Assembly: GCF_963921235.1 (NCBI RefSeq)
Contig: NC_086107.1
Span: 54,002,001-54,066,000, forward strand
Length of the DNA stretch: 64,000 bases
Source of the DNA: Mobula hypostoma
Lineage: Eukaryota
Direction: 5' to 3'
Shown: in pieces, positions 63,195-64,000 of the stretch
How positions within the stretch are numbered: position 1 is the first letter of the stretch
Layout of the letters: each line of letters starts with the position of its first letter
Notes under the pieces: generated by a model
What the model was told of the DNA's origin: nothing
What the model saw: only the letters and a program-made list of their open reading frames with translations
Databases searched by the model: none
Translations under genes and position numbers: made by a program

Positions 63195-64000
63195 CATGTC
63201 ATGATGCTGTTTATTGACTATAGCTCAGCACTTAACACAATCATTCCTGGAGTTCTAATCAAAAAAGCTCCATAATCTGGGCCTCTGTACTCTCTCTGCA
63301 ACTGGATCCTCAACTTCCCACCGGTAGACCACAATCTGTGTGGATCGGAAACATCTCCACCTCGCTGACATCAAAACTGGTGCACCTCAGGGGTGTGTGC
63401 TTAGCCCATTGCTCCACGCTCTACACCCATGTTATGTGGCTAGGCACAGCTCAAGTGCCATCTATAAATTTGCTGACAATACAACTATTGTGGACAGAAT
63501 GTCAGATGGTGACAAGAGGGCGTACAGGAGCGAGTTATGTCAGCTAGTTGGGTGGTGTCGCAGCAACAACCTCGCACTCAACATCAGTATGATCAAAATA
63601 CAGATTGTGGACTTCAGAAAGGATAAGAGGGGGGAGCACACACCAGTCCTCATAGAGGGATCAGAAGTAGAAAGAGTGAGCGATTTCAAGTTCCTGGGCA
63701 TCAATATATAGATGCAGTTACAAAGAAAGAATGACAGCGACTATATTTCATTAGGAGTTCGAGAAGATTGGGTATGTCACAAAAGACACTCAAATTTCTA
63801 CAGACATAAGGTGGAGGGCATTCTAACTGGTTGCACCACCATCTGGTATGGTGGGGGGTGGGGGCGGGGGTCGCCACTGCACAAGATTGAAGTGATTTGC
63901 AGAGGGCTGTAAACTTAGCTCCATCATGAGCACTAGCCTCCATAGTATCCAGGACATCTTCAAGGAGCAATGCCACAAAAAGGCGGGTCCATCATTAAGG
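63195..64000 (+). mobile_element. Decayed Rex1/Babar-type LINE RT region, running off the window
   Basis: LFIDYSSALNTI, TGAPQGCVLSPLL, KFADNTT, FKFLGINI. Confidence 0.8.

Overview
Vertebrate, repeat-rich genomic DNA. The repeat landscape (CR1, Rex1/Babar-type, Penelope-like, Tc1, hAT, tRNA-SINE) suggests a cartilaginous fish, probably a ray; this is inference. Three spliced genes were assembled by hand from splice sites, because the ORF track misses most exons. (1) CPSF7, minus strand, 5' part only: coding exons 30828-30775, 12787-12578 and 2872-2769; the gene continues off the left edge. (2) SDHAF2, plus strand, complete 4-exon CDS 31059-39227, head-to-head with CPSF7 with only 230 bp between the ATGs. 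(3) TMEM80, minus strand, complete 5-exon 141-aa CDS 52169-42889, with a 17-nt micro-exon followed by a U12-type intron. The most striking non-genic structure is a family of young, TSD-flanked fold-back (near-perfect palindromic) insertions in CPSF7 introns. They derive from the 3' end of a Penelope-like retroelement, have arms of about 85, 140 and 410 bp, share their outer end points, and two carry minimal hammerhead-ribozyme motifs on both strands. Also notable is a TSD-flanked 36-nt U6 snRNA retro-fragment at the branch-point position of SDHAF2 intron 2. Boundaries of old TEs are approximate, and family names come from recalled motifs, not database searches.
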